Position numbers and translations under genes: made by a program
Shown: positions 41,693-56,600 of the stretch, piece by piece
How the letters are laid out: each line of letters starts with the position of its first letter
Position numbering within the stretch: position 1 is the stretch's first letter
The notes under the pieces: model-generated
Databases searched by the model: none
What the model was told of the DNA's origin: nothing
Seen by the model: only the letters and a program-made list of their open reading frames with translations
NCBI GenBank assembly: GCA_001724265.1
Contig: MEDY01000442.1
Coordinates: forward strand, 1 to 59,077
From: Rhizaria sp. SCN 62-66
Taxonomy: Eukaryota
Length of the DNA: 59,077 nucleotides
Reading direction: 5' to 3'

Positions 41693-44600
41693 ATGACCGT
41701 GCTCGACGTGATCCGCGTGGTGTTCCCGATGCTGCTGCTTGCAGCGTCGGTGGTGCGCCTCACCTTGTTTTCCCTCGGCTATTTCGTCTTCTTCATCTGG
41801 TTCCTGCTGTTCCGCCCCATCGCCGTCGTGCTCTACCGCACGCGCTACCGCGTCTCGCGGCCCTACTGGGCGCTCGTCACGCTTTACTCGGCGCTCTCGC
41901 TGCTGGGCCAGGTTGTCTTCCAGATCACCATCGCGTCCTCGTCCTTCTACCCGACGCGCGCCACCGAGCTCTTCGGCTGGGCGGAGATCAACTCTGTGCT
42001 CGAGGGTTTCCAGCTCGTCGGCACGGACGTCGTCATGACCGTCGCGTCGCTGCTCTGTGCCGTGCTCGCCTCGCGCAACACCTCGGCGACCGCGCTCACG
42101 GCCGCGCTGCCGCCGCCCGTGGCCGTGACGGCGCTTCAGTGGGGCACGGCCGCCTCGCTGCTCCTGGCCGGCCTCATGTACCCCTCGTTCCTCGCGCTGC
42201 CATACCTGCTCGCCTTCGTTGCCTACTTCCTCGCCAAGGCCTACCGCATTCAGCCCGTGATCGACATCGCGACCGGCCGCCCCGCGGGCACCTCGCACTA
42301 CTGGGACCTGGACGCCCAGCCTACGGGCCCCACCGCGTCGTCGCAGTCCATCTCCACGGCCTCGCGCGCCGCCGCAGGTCTCGCGCCGGGCGTCTACGGC
42401 GTCTCGCTCCCCGCCGCACACGCCGGTAGCAGCAGCAGCAGCAGCAGCGCGCAGCAGCAGCAGCAGGGCAGTGGCGCTGGCGCTGCGAGTCGCTACGCCG
42501 CCGCCGCTGTGCACGGCTACGGCGACGACAGCTCCTCTTCTGCGGCGGTGATCGCCGAGGACGTCAACGACGAGTTCTACGCCATGCTGGGGCTTGAGCG
42601 TGAGCGCCGCCGCCGCGTGTCGTTATGGGCGCCCCCCACGCCCGCGGCCGAGCTGACCGAGATCCAGCGCCGCATCAGCCAGCAGCAGCAGCGCTTCAAC
42701 CAGGCCGCCGCGGGCGCGCGCAGCGCGCGCTCCGGCTCGGTCTACGCGCCGCCCACGGGCTCCACGGCCGGCACGCCCGCGCGCGGCGGCGGGCTTATGT
42801 TCCCGTCTAATTCCCAGCCGCAGTCGCAACAGGCGCAGCAGCAGCAGCCCTGGGGCCGTCAGCACTCGCAGAGCGTCGCCACGCTGCCCTCCAGCTCCGC
42901 CGCCGCCGCCGCCGCCGCTGCGAGTCGACAGCAGCAACAGGGTCCGGGCCAACAGGGTCAGCACCACGTGGTCGTCGCGGGCGCGGGCGTCGTGTTGCGC
43001 GTGTCCTCGGCCTACGCGCCGCTGGACCGGCGCGCGCGCGTGCTGACGTGGTTTGGCATCCTCTACACGGCCTGCCACATGCTCGTGCTCTATAGCGCCA
43101 ACCTCCCGGGCGGCGACGCTGACCCTTTCCCGGACCCGCTGGGGCTCTTTTCGATCCGCGACCTGGGCAACAGTGGCGTGCTGGCGGGGCTGTCCGCTCT
43201 GTCGACGGCGCTGCTCTTCGCCTTGCTGACCGAGATCATCGCGCAGGACGCCGTGTCGCGCGCGCTCGTCGAAGACATCAGCTTCCACTCTGTCACGCGC
43301 AAGCTCGTGCGCCACGCCCGCGCCGCCTACGCGGCCGCGGCGGCCGCGGCGGCCACGGCGGCGGGGCTGCCCTCGGCCTCGGCCACGCTCGCCGCCGCCA
43401 CCAACGCCGCCAACGCCTCTGGCTCTGCCGCCGCTGCCGGCGCTGTTGCCCACAGCAGCAGCAGCAGCAGCGGCGCCGGCACCGGCGGGCACCAGTACGC
43501 GTACTCGCCCGCCCACGGCTACGGCGGCGGCCCCGGCTCCCTGGCCCCCAGCTCCTACGTCAGTGCGGGCTCCTACGGCGCGCCCATCGGGTCCGCCGCC
43601 GTTGCCGCCGCCACCGCGGGCTCCGCGACGGGCCCCGTCGTGGCGGCCGGCAACGCGGCCGCGATCGCGCGCGCACGGTCCGGCTCCATGCTGGGGGTTC
43701 GACCCCCGCAGCTCAGAACGCACTCGTACGCCGCCCCCGGCGGCGACTCCGCTGGCCTCCCCGGCGGCGCGGCCGGGCTGAGCCACGAGGCAGCCGCCGC
43801 CGCCGCGTCCGCCGCCGCCGCCGCAGCTGCCGCCGCGTCCGCCGCGCTGGCGGCCGCGAACGCGAATCTGGCGGGCGTGACGGCTGAAGTTGACGTGGCG
43901 AAGCTGGCGCAGGTGCTATCGAGCGCGGTGCAGCAGACGCTGCAGGTCTCGCGCTTCAGCTCCGCGGCGTCGGGTGGTACGGGCGCGCACCACCCGCTGC
44001 TGCTGACGCCTGCGCAGCGTTCCGGCAAGGTCACGGTGGTGTGGAACGCCGTCAAGGTCGAGGTCATGATCGCGCTGCTGCACCTCGCGCGCACCCTGTG
44101 CCACCTGGTGCTGCTTGTGTGCTCGCTGCTGCGGCCGTCGCTGCTGTCGTACGGGTTTATGATCCTGTTCGTGCTGACCTGCTGCCTGCCCGGCAAGCTG
44201 CTCAAGCACGGCGTCGGCGCCGTCGTCGCCTACTCGCTCGTCGTCACCATGGTTCAGTACATCACCTCCATCCCGGGACTCGTGCCGCAGGACGCCGCCG
44301 CGCTCGCGCACGTGGGCATCCAGCGCATGCGTAACCCGCTCTTCTCGCTGCTCAACTCGATTGCGCCCGCGCTCGTGTGCGGCTGGGTCTACGCGTGGTC
44401 GCAGCTCACGCCCGTGGACCAGCTCGCGCTCGAGCAGCGCGACCGACGCCAAACGACCAACCTCGCCACCAACTGGGTGCTGCGCGCCATGCAGTTCGCC
44501 AAGGCCTCGATGCTGTACCTCTGCGACAAGCTGGCGCTGGCGCTGCTATTCCTCGTCTCGCTCTACACCGTTAACATCTTCCACGCCGTGTTCCTGCTCA

Positions 44601-47600
44601 TCTTCATCGTCTTCTTCTCCATGCGCCGCGTCGCCGCCGTGCTGTGGCCGCTCTTCGTCGTCTACGCCGGACTCGTCCTGCTCGCGCTTTACGGCTTCGG
44701 CGTCATCGACCCCTGGGTCAACGGCGTCCGCGACGACAGCAACGCCAACGCCAACAGTATCAACCTCAGTCTGAGCGCTTCTCAGAGCGCCGGTCCTGCT
44801 GGCATCGTGTATTCGTACAGTGCTTCCGCGAGTGCGAGCGCCGGCGCAAGTGCCTCGATGAAGGCGACGGCCGCTGCGTCCGGCCTTGCTTTCGAGCCCT
44901 TCGTCGCTACCGCTGCTTCCTCTGCCGAGGATGGCACCGATTCACTGTTCGATGGCACCGTCAAGATCCGTCCCTTCTCGACTGACAGCAACGGTGATAG
45001 TGACGGGGACGCCGACGCCTCGCTGTCTTCGGCCTTTCCGCACTCCGGCGCCAGCGCCGCGGCGAGCGAGCCCGCGTCGCTGTGGTCCCGCGCGGCCGCC
45101 AAGGTCCGCGCCGCGGCCGCGCGCCTGCGCAGCCCCGCGGCCGCGCGTTTTCTCGCGGCGACCGCGCGCCTCACCGCGCACCCGGAGGACCTGCAGCGCC
45201 AGCAACAACTGCAGCAGAAGCAACAGACTGAGACCGCGCCGGCCGCCAGTGCGGGCGCCCCTCGCCCCTCGACTGCGGGTGGTGAGAGCAAGTCTACGGT
45301 GTACGTCCGTTCGTTCGCGCGTTGGATGCGCTTCATGACCCAGCCCGCGGGCTCCCTCTCTGCCGCTAAGCACACTCCGAGCGCTGACGGCGCTGTTGAG
45401 AGCGATGCTTCTACAGTGCGCAGCAGCGGGTCTGTGAGCGCCAACTCGGCGACGGACTCGCGCGCGATCATCGAGAACATTGGCCTCTTCGCGCCCACCT
45501 CCGGCGCCGACTGGTGGCGCTCGCTTGTGCTTTACTACCTCACCTTCATCGCGGCCGCGTTCCAGTGGGCCATCTTCCGCAATCACATCTCGACGTACGT
45601 CAACTCGATGCTCAAGCACGCGTCGCCCGGCTGGCTGGTGCTGCGCGATTCGCTGGTACTCGTCGTCGTGTACGCGGGCGTGCTGGCGTGCTCGCTGCCC
45701 TACCAGGCCTCGGTGTTCAAGCTGGGCGCCGCGCTCTTCGTCGTCATCTCGCTCCTGGTGCACATGTTCGCGCGCTCGGACCCGCGGCCCGCGCTGCTGC
45801 GCATCTGGATCGTGGCCGTGGTTTACATGGCGGCCGTCTTCGTGCTCGTCTACCTGTACCAGTTCCAGGTCATCCGCGACTGGATCCACGACATCTACCC
45901 GCTCGACCGCTTCACGCCCACGGACATGGGCTTCGAGCTCGCGTCCCCCGCGCGCTTCGCAGTCCTCGTCTCGCTCTCCGGCCCCGTCTTCTGCTTTATC
46001 CTCGCCGTCATGTTCGTCCGCATCCTGCTGGACTCGTCCACGGCGCCCGGCGATCTGGAGAAGTACCACGACGCGCTCCGCGAGCTCGAGCTGCTGCCGG
46101 GCTCCCAGGGCCCGCTCACGCTCGCGGCCCAGGAGGTCGAGCACGCCGACAGCTCGCTCGCAGTCTCCGGCTTCGTGCTCAACCTGCAGTCGCGCCCCGC
46201 GGCCAGCGCCAGCGTCTCCGCCAACAACGCGGCCGGCGCCCCCGGACTGGGCCCCGCGCAGCCGCCGTTCGTGTCGGGCACGCAGCCCGGCGTCCGGTCG
46301 CTGTCGTCTTCCTCGTTCTCTTACAACAGCAGCGCCTCCGCTTCCGCTGCTGCTGCCGCGAACGCCGCGCCCAACCTCAGCGCTGGCGCGGGCTCCGGGT
46401 CGATGCCCGGCTCTGTGTCTGGCTCGTGGCGCCGCGCGGGCCCCGTGCTGGGCTCCTTTAGCGAGGAGCCGGAGCACTACGGCGCCGCGAACAACGGCAG
46501 CAACCGCGGTGTCGGAGGCGTGGGCCTGAACTCGCACGGCCACTTTTCGACCAGCGGGGGCCCGCTGCCACCGCCGCCGCCGCCGCCGCTGCCGCCGGCC
46601 GTGCCCGCTGCGCCCGCTGACGACGGCAGCTCGCTCGACAACAATGCTACCGCTGCGAACGGCCACAACAGCAACACTGGCACGCGCGGTGGCCGCCGCG
46701 GCATGGCCTCGCCGCCGCCCCCGCCGATGATCTCGGCCGCCAACGCTACGCACGCCGGCGCCGTGCCGCCGCCGGTGCCCCAGGCCCCCGCGGCGCCCGT
46801 GCCGGTCGGCGGCGTCGCGCTGCCCCAGATGGTGTCCGCCGCTCCCGCTGCGCCGCCCCGCACCACGGCTTACGCGCCGGCCGCGTCGCCGTCGTTCGCG
46901 ACCGTGCCGCCTACGTTCGCCAGTGCGTCTGCCGCGCCTGCTGCGCCTGCCGCGCCGCCTGCGCTGCCGGCGCTCCCCAACATTGCTGCTCCTGCTGCTC
47001 CTGCTGCCCCTGCCGCGCCCGCGGCCCCCGCGGCCCCCGCGGCTCCGACTGCTCCGGCCTACTTTGCCCCGGCCGCGCCCGCTGCGCCTGCAACGTATAC
47101 GGCCCCTCCGGCCCCCGTAGCGCCTGTCCCCGTCCCTGTTGCTGTTCCGGCTGCGCCTGCGGCTACCGTTTCTGTTGCTGCTGCCCCGTCGTTCCCGCGC
47201 CGCGGCGCCGCCCCGGTCGACGGCGCGGTCTCCGCGGCTCTGTCCAGCGTGGCCGCGGCGGCGCCCGAGTCGTCCACGGCCAGCTACGTCGCGCTGCCAG
47301 ACTCGTACCGCCCCAGCAACAACAACAACAACAACAACAACAGTAGTAGCGCCAACAACGCCATTACGAACTCGAGCAGCGGTGCGCGGTCGCCTGTGCC
47401 GCCGCTGCCGCAGCCGTCGCTGCCGCAGCGCGTGGCGAGCGGCGGGCAGGACTCGCTGCCTGGCGCGAGCCTCCAGGCGCTGCGGCACGGCGAGAGCCTG
47501 GCGGACTGGGTGCAGCGCCACCCGCAGTACCGCGACGCCGTGGATCGCGCCAAGAAGATCATGAACCTGGAGGCGACGGAGAACATCGCGGGCAACCCGC

Positions 47601-50600
47601 TGGCGTTCTTCACGCTCATCCTGCTGCCGAAGCTGATTCTCGAGACGTGCGGCGCCATCGGCGTGCTGGCCCATAAGCACGTGTACAAGCTCGTGTTTAT
47701 CTTTGCGTGGCTGCTCGCCACGGTCATCTCGGGCACGAACCTCATCAACCTGGGCCTGGTGTTCCTCATCGTACTCTTCCTCTTCCTGGGCAAGGGCCGC
47801 CACGGCTGGGCCATGGTCGCGCTCTACTCGACAGCCATGTTCCTGTCCCGCTACGCCTTCCAGATCGGCCAGTTTGACCGCACTGAGCACGCCAACGCGT
47901 TCGCTTACATCGGGCTGAGCTACTGGGGCGGGCAGAAGGTGATCTTCCACCTCTGGGGCGAGGCGCTGCTCATCGCCATGTGCACCGTGCAGCGCGTGTC
48001 GTATAACAACTGGCGCCCGCCGGAGCTGACGTACGAGGCCAAGGTCGCGCTGCGGCGGCAGCGGAAGCGCGAGAAGCAGCTGCGCGAGTGGCATCGCCGC
48101 ATCGCGCTGCTGTGGAAGCGCCGCGTCGACGCCCAGCAGCGCGAGCAGGACAACGTTGCGCTGCAGGCCATCCAGGACTACAACACGTCCTCCACGGGCG
48201 ACGACGTCGACGGCGGCGACGACCTCAACGCCGCTGCCGCTGCCGCCGCCGCGATCGCCGCGACGGGCGGCGCTGTTGGCGGCGCGCGCATGTCCACGGT
48301 CGCGACCGGCGGCGTGCCGCTGCAGCATGGCTCGCCGAACCCGGGACGCACGTCGCTGTCATTCCAGCAGCACCCGCACGCGCTAGGGCTCGGCTTCGGC
48401 CAGCCCGCGGCGCGCCTGCCGCCCGCGCAGACACACGGCCCGTCGATGGACCTCAACTCAGTCATCGCCGACTCGGTCGCCAGCTACGTCGCCACCGACA
48501 CCGACCCGGCCGACGGCGCCGAGGACGGCATCCCCGCCACGGGCGCCGGCGGCAAGAAGGGCAAGCGCCGCGCCAAGGCCGCGCCCACCGCCTCCGCCTC
48601 CGCCGCTGCCTCCGCCGCCGCCGCCGCCGGCACTGCGAGCCCCGCCACCGCGGTGGGCGCGGGCACCGGCGGCAGCGTTGGCGCAGGCCTTGTGGCCGAC
48701 AGCGGCGACCTGGTCGCGGCGCGCGCCAAGGCGGACATGTCGCTGGCGCTGCCGCTGGCGTCGCTGGGCTCCGGCGACGCCGTGATTGGTGCGTCGCTGG
48801 TGCTGATGCCCGATGTGATGAAGCGCGTGCACGCGGCGCGCCAGGCCGACGCGCAGTCGGCGCAGCGCGCGGCCGCCAAGTTGCGCGCGCTCGAGCTCCA
48901 GCACGAGAGTCTCCGCGCCTCGGCGCGCAACGGCGGCGTCGCCACCGGCAGCGCCTACACCGTCGGCTACGGCGCGAGCGCGGGTGCCGGCGACGGCACT
49001 CCGCTGGTGGAGCGCTCGATGTCGAGCTCCGAGTCGCTGGCGTACGCGTATAACGGCACGGGCAACGGCGCCAACAGCACCAAGTTCCCCGTCTTCGCGC
49101 GATCCGACACGGCGTCTTCGTCGCACTCCTCTGCCAGCGCCGCCGGCTCCGCGTCCGCGGTTGCGGGTTCCGGTCTGGACGCGCTGGGCGAGGACTCGGT
49201 CGTGCAGACCGGCAAGTCGAGTCTCGAGGCCTCGCTCGAGGCCTCTGCCCGCGCCGCGCGCGTGCGCAAGCAGGGCCACGAGGCCGCGCAGCGCCGCACC
49301 GATGCCGAGCGCGAGCGCCGCCGCCGTCTGCAGCGGCGCGACGCGCTGAGCGACCTGCGCAACGACGACGACGACCTCGTTGATCCCGACACCTCCGCTG
49401 TGGGCGCCGCGGCGCTCGACAGCTCTGCGGCCGCCACGGCTGCCGGCCGAGACGGCGCGCGCGGTCGCGGCGCTGGCGCTGCCGGCGCGGGCGGCCGCCT
49501 GCGCAGCGGTGGCGCTTCCGCCGCGGGCTCTGGCGTCAGCGACGCTAAGGGCGGCGCCGGAGCCGGCACTGGCGCCGCTGCTGCGGACGGCGACGGCGGC
49601 GTTGCGGCTGCGCAGGACGAAGAGGAGGAGGCGACCGTGCAGCTGCCCTGGTTCAAGGTGACTGTGCTTGCGTTCCTCAACGTGCTGAAGCAGATGATCG
49701 GGTTCATCCTGTCGTCGTTCCCGCAGCTGGGCATGCAGATCACGCTCTTCCTGCTGCTCTGCAGCGCCATTCTGCGCGCCAACTTCATGTCAATCTTCGA
49801 TGTGTGCGTCGTTATCGCTATCTACGCTGTGCTTGGCACGCGCGCCATCTCGCGCGTGTGGTCCTGGTTCATCTTTGTCGTCGCCGTGCGCCTCATCTGG
49901 CAGTACTTCGTGGTCATTTCCGCGACCTCGCCCTGGTGGAATGTGCCGTGGCGCTCGCTGTCGGCTGACAAGGCGCGCTGGCTCATGGTCGGCAGCTTCT
50001 CCGTCGACGAGCTCCACCTTGAGTTCTTCATCGTCTTCATGGCCTGTTTCCAGCGCAAGTACTGGGAGGTTAAGGCGCGCACGATCAACGCTGTCGCCGC
50101 CGTTAACGCCGCCACGTCGCTCGCGCTATCGGGGCGCGTCGCTTCCTCCACCGTCGTCGTCGGCGGCGTCGCCGGCAGCGCGTCCGTCGGCGACGCCGCG
50201 GGCGGGTTCACCAGCTCGCACCGGCTGCTGTCGTTGCCGCCGCCTGCGCTGGGCCATAGCAGCTCCAACCTCTCCAGCCTGCCCGTCTCCTCCTCCGGCG
50301 TCCAGCCCGCGGGGGCCGAGTCGGCGGCCGGCACAGCCAACGCGGCCTACGGAGGCTCCATGGCGCGGCTGCCGCAGCTCGACGCGGCGACCACCGCGGC
50401 GCTGGCGTCGGCGGGCGAGGACATCAACGTCGACGTTGATGACGATGCTGAGGCCGAGCTCGCGCGCCTCGCCATGAACCCCTTTTCCGTGGGCTACAAG
50501 CAGGCGCGCGCCAAGATGCGCAAGCGCGCCGCGGCGGCCATCGAGCGCCAGTTCGCGCTGCTCTACGACCAGTACGCGCGCCAGGCCGCCGCCGTGCAGC

Positions 50601-53600
50601 CGCAGGACCCGGCGCTCGCCGCCGCGGCCGAGGCCTCTGCCGCCGTCAACGGCAGCAGCAGTGCCGATGGCTACGACAGCGCCGTCGCTGCAGGCAGCAT
50701 CTTCTCGCCGGGACTCTCCAATACCGAGCTGGACCTGGCAGGTGTGTCCGCGGCTGCCTCCGCTGGCGGGGCGACTCCGGCTGAGACCCCCACGCCCGCG
50801 GCAGGATTGCACGGGCTCGGTCAGGGGCTGCAGGTGCAGCAGCAAGCGTCGGCGCAGGCCGCCGCGCAGGCCGCGGCGCAGGCGCAGACGAACAAGATGA
50901 ACTTCGCACGCACTGCGGTCGCGGACCTGTGGGACGAAGACAGCGCCGTGGCCGAGGCTGTGGCGTCAGTGTGGCCCACGCTGCGGTTCATCATGATGCT
51001 GGCCATGGACAAGATCCTCTTCGTGCTCATCTTCGTGCTGGCGACCTACCAGTCCGACTTCATCCGGATTGGCTACTTCATCATGTCCATCTTCGTGCTT
51101 TTCAACAAAGATCTGTACATGGGCGATATCGCCGGCACCGTCCGCGCGTGGGCCATGCTGCAGCGCTTCAACGTCTTCGTGCTCGCGCTCATGGTCATCT
51201 ACCAGACGCCGTACTTCACCGACTTCCTCAGCTCTACCTTCCTGACGTCGACGACGCTGGTGCAGTGGTCCGCCGTCATCGGCATCGCGCGCTTCCGCAC
51301 TGAGGGCCACACCGTCAACTCCTTCTCCGTCGAGGGCGCGCTGCACCAGGTGCTTATTTTCCTCACCGTCGAGGTCCAGCGCGCCGTCTTCGCGTCCGCC
51401 GCCTACGCCGACGTCATTGCCTTTTGGCGTTCCGTGCACGCGCAGTCAGTGCTTAAGGGCCGCGTGTCGGCGCAGCTCCGCAAGGAGAAGCGCGAGGCCT
51501 CGGTGCAGCGTGCGCGCCGCGACGCGCTGACGATGCAGGCGCAGTTCGAGGCCATCCTGCACACGGTCGACGCGATGAACCAGGACATGTCCGCGCTCGG
51601 CGCCGCGGGCCCTGCCACCGCCACCGCCGAGGCCGCGGCCGGCCCCGCTGTCGGCGGCCGCCACATGCAGCTGCAGTACTTCCACACCGGCGCCAATGGC
51701 GCGAGCGGCGACAGCGCCAGTCCCGTCGCGCAGGGCTCGCCAGCCGCGGGTCCCGCCCCTTCGCCGCGTCTGCTGCCCGCCTACACCACCGCTGCCGCCG
51801 CTGCCGCCGCAGCTGCGGCCGCCGCCGCCGCCGCGCGCGGTGCTCCCGCCGCCGCGGGGTCCCCGCTGACCTCGCCGAGCAGCGGCAAGCGCACGAGCGG
51901 CTCGGCGGGCGTGATCCCCGGGCTCTCGCTCAGCGCGCGCCTGACCTCGGCCACGACGCCGCTCGCGGGCGCCACGCCGGGTTCGCCGCACGTCTCCGGC
52001 TCTGTCACCGGCGCGGCGGGCGGCGGTGCGGGCGCGCAGGGCTTCTCGCTGCAGGCGCTTAGTCTGGACCCGTTGGCGCCTGCCGTGTCGCTCGACTCGG
52101 TGCTCAACAACAGCAACACCAACGGCGCCGCGCCGGCCCTCGTCGCCGGCCCCGCTGTCGCGCGCACGCCCATCATCAGCTCCAGTCTCACCGGGAGCAG
52201 CAGCGCCAACGTGAACAAGACCAGCAACGGCAGCGGCATTGGCGGCGACGACAATGGCAATAACAGCGACCAGCCCTGGGAAGGATTCGCGTCCGTCGCG
52301 GAGCATCAGGTACGACCGACATCACAAAAGACAACGTAAAACTTAACCTTTCAAAGACATCCTTTTTAATTCGCATCTTGATTTTTTAAAATCATTTTTA
52401 CTCCAAGTCTAACACTTTTTGTTTCATTTTAATCCTATTTGGTGTATTTTCCCAGGTTTCTATCTACCGCGAGTTCTTCGCCGACGAGGTGCTGTGGCCC
52501 GACGCGCGCCCCGCGGACTGGGAGGTGCAGCTGCTGCTGGAGCAGATCGCCGCGGGCGACTACGACGGCGGCATTAACTACCTGTCGCCGCACTCGGCCG
52601 CCGTGCTGACCGAGGCGCAGGAGGACTCGCTCTTCACCGCCAGCGAGGACGCCATCCTCGCGGCCTACGGCGACCTCTCGCTGCTCTCACGCGAAGAGGT
52701 CTCGGCGCGCATGTACGCCGTCGAGCTGCAGCGCGTCACCGACGAGCGCGAGGTCCTCGCCGCGCAGACCGCCGCCGTGGCCGCGTCGGCTGCCGCGACC
52801 GCCGCGGCCGAGAGCGCCGAGGCGCCCGAGGCCGCCGCTGCCGCCGCCGGTGAGGCCGCGTCGGCCGCCGCCGCCGCCGCCGCCGCGGCGCTCGCGCACA
52901 GCGCGGACCCGCACGCCGAAGCGATCGCGCGCGCGCGCACGTCGTTCTACACGTGGGAGCGGCAGCAGGTGCTCGCGCACCGCCGCGCGGCCGCCGGGCT
53001 GGGCGCGGACCACAGCGACGAGGCGGCCGCGCACGAGGCGCTGTTGCTGTCGTCGTCGCCGCGCGTGCTCGCCAATCTGCGGCTGCAGGAGTCCGAGGCC
53101 GCGGCGTTCCGGCGCGAGATGCGGCAGCGGCGCGCTCTGGTGCGGCACATTCGCGCCACGGAGCTGGAGGAGACGGCCGTGTACGGCGACTGGGAGAAAC
53201 AGAAGCAGGTCCAGCAAGACCTCATCCAGCGTATCGAGAAGCGCCGCAACGATGAGCGCAAGCTCAGCCGGCAGCGCAAGTGCAAGACGTTCTTCGTGGA
53301 GCGGTGGGCAGCGGCGAAGCGCGTGCTGCTGGGCTCGGTCGACCCCGTGCTGTTGCACACGTATGCTACCATCACGGCCAACCAGGTCAAGTCCGCCGCC
53401 GCGAGCGCCGCCGCCTCGGGCGCGGCGAGCCCCAACCCTCAGCAGCAGCAGCAGCAGCAGCAACAGGGCGGTCTGGGCAGCATCCAGGAGGGCCCCGAGG
53501 ACGGCTCGCCCGCCGGTCTCGGCGGCCGCGGCAGCAGCGCGTTGCACCGCAGCATCGTGCCGCCCGCCCCCGGCGCCGGCGCAGGCACACATTCGCTCGT

Positions 53601-56600
53601 GTCGCCGCTGCTCTCGCCCGGCAGCTTTTACCGCAGCCCCGTCGCGTCGCCCACCGCCGCCGACGGCAGCAATGCCGATGACGCCGCGTCCCCCGCGCTG
53701 CGCCGCGACGAGTCGGTCGCGGCCACTTCTGCGGCGGCGCTGTCGGCGGCCGAGACAGCGGCCGTGGCGCAGCGCGCGCGCGTGGCGGAGCTGGAGGCGG
53801 CCAACGCCACCGTGCGCATCGTCGTCGCGCCCGACCTGTACGAGCGCCCCGAGGATCGCTCACTGCTGCACATCATCTACCTGGTGCTGGCGTCCTACTC
53901 GCAGTTCGTGCTCGTGTGTATGTACCTGATCAACGCGATGATCTACCCCAACTTCCTCACGCTCTTCCTCGTCTCGGCGCTGCTGCTGTTCGGACTGCTG
54001 CAGGCGCCGCGCGCGTCGACGGCGTTCATCACGTTCATGTTCGTGTACACGGCCTTCGTGTGCTGCGCGCAGTTCATCTTCCAGCTGCCCATATTCTGCG
54101 TCACGCTCACGTCGCGCGTGTATTCGTTCCACCCGGACCCGGCGTGCGCGGACTACGGCTCCACGGAGTCGTCCAGCACCACGACCGACTCATCAACGTC
54201 GAGCGACGAGGAGTGGCAGCGCGACCACCTCTTCGGGCTCTACAAGATCTCCGCCTCGCGCCCCTTCATCGGTTATATCGCGTGGCAGTTTGTTGCGCTC
54301 CTGCTTGTCGTGTGGCACCGCCTCGTGCTCATGCAGAAGGGCGTGTGGTTCAACAACGAGGAAGAGCTCGGTGACCCCATCCTGGCGGCGTCGCGTGTGA
54401 TCCAGGACCGACAGATGCGCGTCAAGCACGTCGAGGCGCGCAAGCGCCAGTACGATGCTGAGGTCCGCAAGGCCGTTAAGCGCGGCGAAGACGCGCGCTA
54501 CGTGTACCTGGACTCGGATGACGACGAGGACGCCTTTGCTGAGGAGGACGATCTCGACGCTGACTGGGTGCTCGTGGAGCAGGAGGCCACCGCCGCTGCT
54601 GCTGCTGCCGCCGCCGCCGCCGCCGCGGCTGCGGCAGCGGCTGCGGCGGTCGCGGCGGCCGCAGCGGCGACGTCGCTGTCGCGCGTGGGCTCTGACGCCA
54701 GCGACTACAACAACAACACGCTCGGCGACCACGACGACGACGACGACGGCATCGCCCCCGTAGTCATCGGCGGCGGCGACAACAGCGGCTACTTCAGCTC
54801 TGCCTCTGCGCGCGCCACGCGGCAGCCGGCTGCGGCCCAGCCCCACCAAATGCCCTACGGCGGCACTGGCCCGCTGCCGCCGCCGGTGCCGCCGCCGCTG
54901 TCGCCGCTCGCGCCCGACACTGAGGGCGACGCGGACGACGACAGCGACCCGCGCCGCGCCGTGCTGCGCCCGGGCGTCATCGCGCACCCGCACGGACTCG
55001 CGCACACGCTGGGCCTCGGCATTCACGGCCACGGGCACTCGGCGCAGGGCGTCGCGATGCCGGCGCCCGCGTGGCAGTCGTCGCTGCCGAGCTCGTCGTC
55101 CTCGGCGTCGTTCGGACCCGTCCCGTCGCCCTCCAACGCGGCGTCTTCGCGCCAGCCCTACCAGGCCATCGACGACTCCGCTTCCACTGGCAGCAACAAC
55201 GGCAACAACGGGAATAACGCGTTCTACGGGAATAACGGACAGTACAACGCGTTGTCTAACTCGCGCCCGCCGTCGTTCTCCAACGCTGTCCCCGTGCCTG
55301 TCCCGATGCCCGTCTCGTCCTCCAGCGGGAGAAACACGCCCACGGCCGCGGCCCGCCGCAGCGTCCGCACCGGCTCCATCACCGTTGCGCCCAACCTCGG
55401 CGGGCCCGGCGCCACCGGTGCGGCCTCCGTCGCGCGCCGCTCTTCCGCCGCCAGCACTGGCAGCAGCGGCGGCGGCGGCAGCGGCTGCGGCGCGGGCGGC
55501 AGCGGCGGCTCGCAGGGAGCGCGCGGCGTCGGCCAGAGCGGCGCAGCTGGCGGCGCGGGCGGCGAGCGCAGCAAGCGCCGATCTCGCTGCTGCGGCTCCA
55601 GCCCCTGCTCCTCGCGCTACGCCCTCTGGCTCAGCGTCCCTGAAGAGATTAAGTCTGCTTATGCGTCCGTGCTGCCGCGATCTGGCGCCGCGATCAACTC
55701 GGTCAAACCGGGCACCGACGTGTACGTATACAGCTTCATTCTGGAGCTCATCTCTGCCGTGTGGATTATCCTGGCGTACTCGAGCATGGCCACGACCTCC
55801 GTCCACGGAGTCGGCTCCTCGCTCAACTCCAACTTCTTCCAGGGAGACATGGTTATCACGCTCTTTGTCCAGGTCATGGTGATCATCTTCGACCGCGCCG
55901 TGTACCTTAACCGCGCGCTCTTCTGGAAGGTTGTCATCCAGTACTTCTCGCTCCTTTTCTGGGGCTACTGCATGTTTTTCTCCTGGCCCGTCGGCGCCAT
56001 GCGCGGCTTTATCTCCAACCCCACGCTGCAGTTCTTCTTCGTTCTCAAGGCGCTCTACTTTATCCTCTCAGCGCACCAGGTCCAGGCCGGCTTCCCGCCC
56101 AAGAACGTGCCTAACGTGCAGAACCTCACCCGCGACGTCGCGCTGCCACGGTACCTCGCCTTCAGGATCTACCGCGCGATCCCGTTCGTGTTCGAGCTCC
56201 GCGTGCTGCTCGACTGGTACTGCACGCGCACTTCGCTCGACCTCTGGGACGCCTTCAAGCTTGAGGACGTGTTCGAGACTCTCTACATCGCGCAGCGCCT
56301 CATCTGGACGCGCGTCGACAAGGGCCGCGGCAAGCCTGTGATCTTCATTCTCAAGCTCGCACAGGGCCTGCTTGTGTTCATTCTGCTCATTCTTGTGCTT
56401 TTCGTGCCGCTGCTGCTTTTCTCCTCCGCCAACCCCGGCTCGGAGACGAACAACGTGGTGGCGATGGAGGTGCGCGTGCAGCTCTGGTCCTCGCGCGGCG
56501 CGTATCCACTGCTGCAGACGTCCTCCGTGGCGTCGATGACCGAAGTGAGCGACGACGAGTTCCGCTGGATGAAGCGCAACAACATGGTTGATTCCAACGA

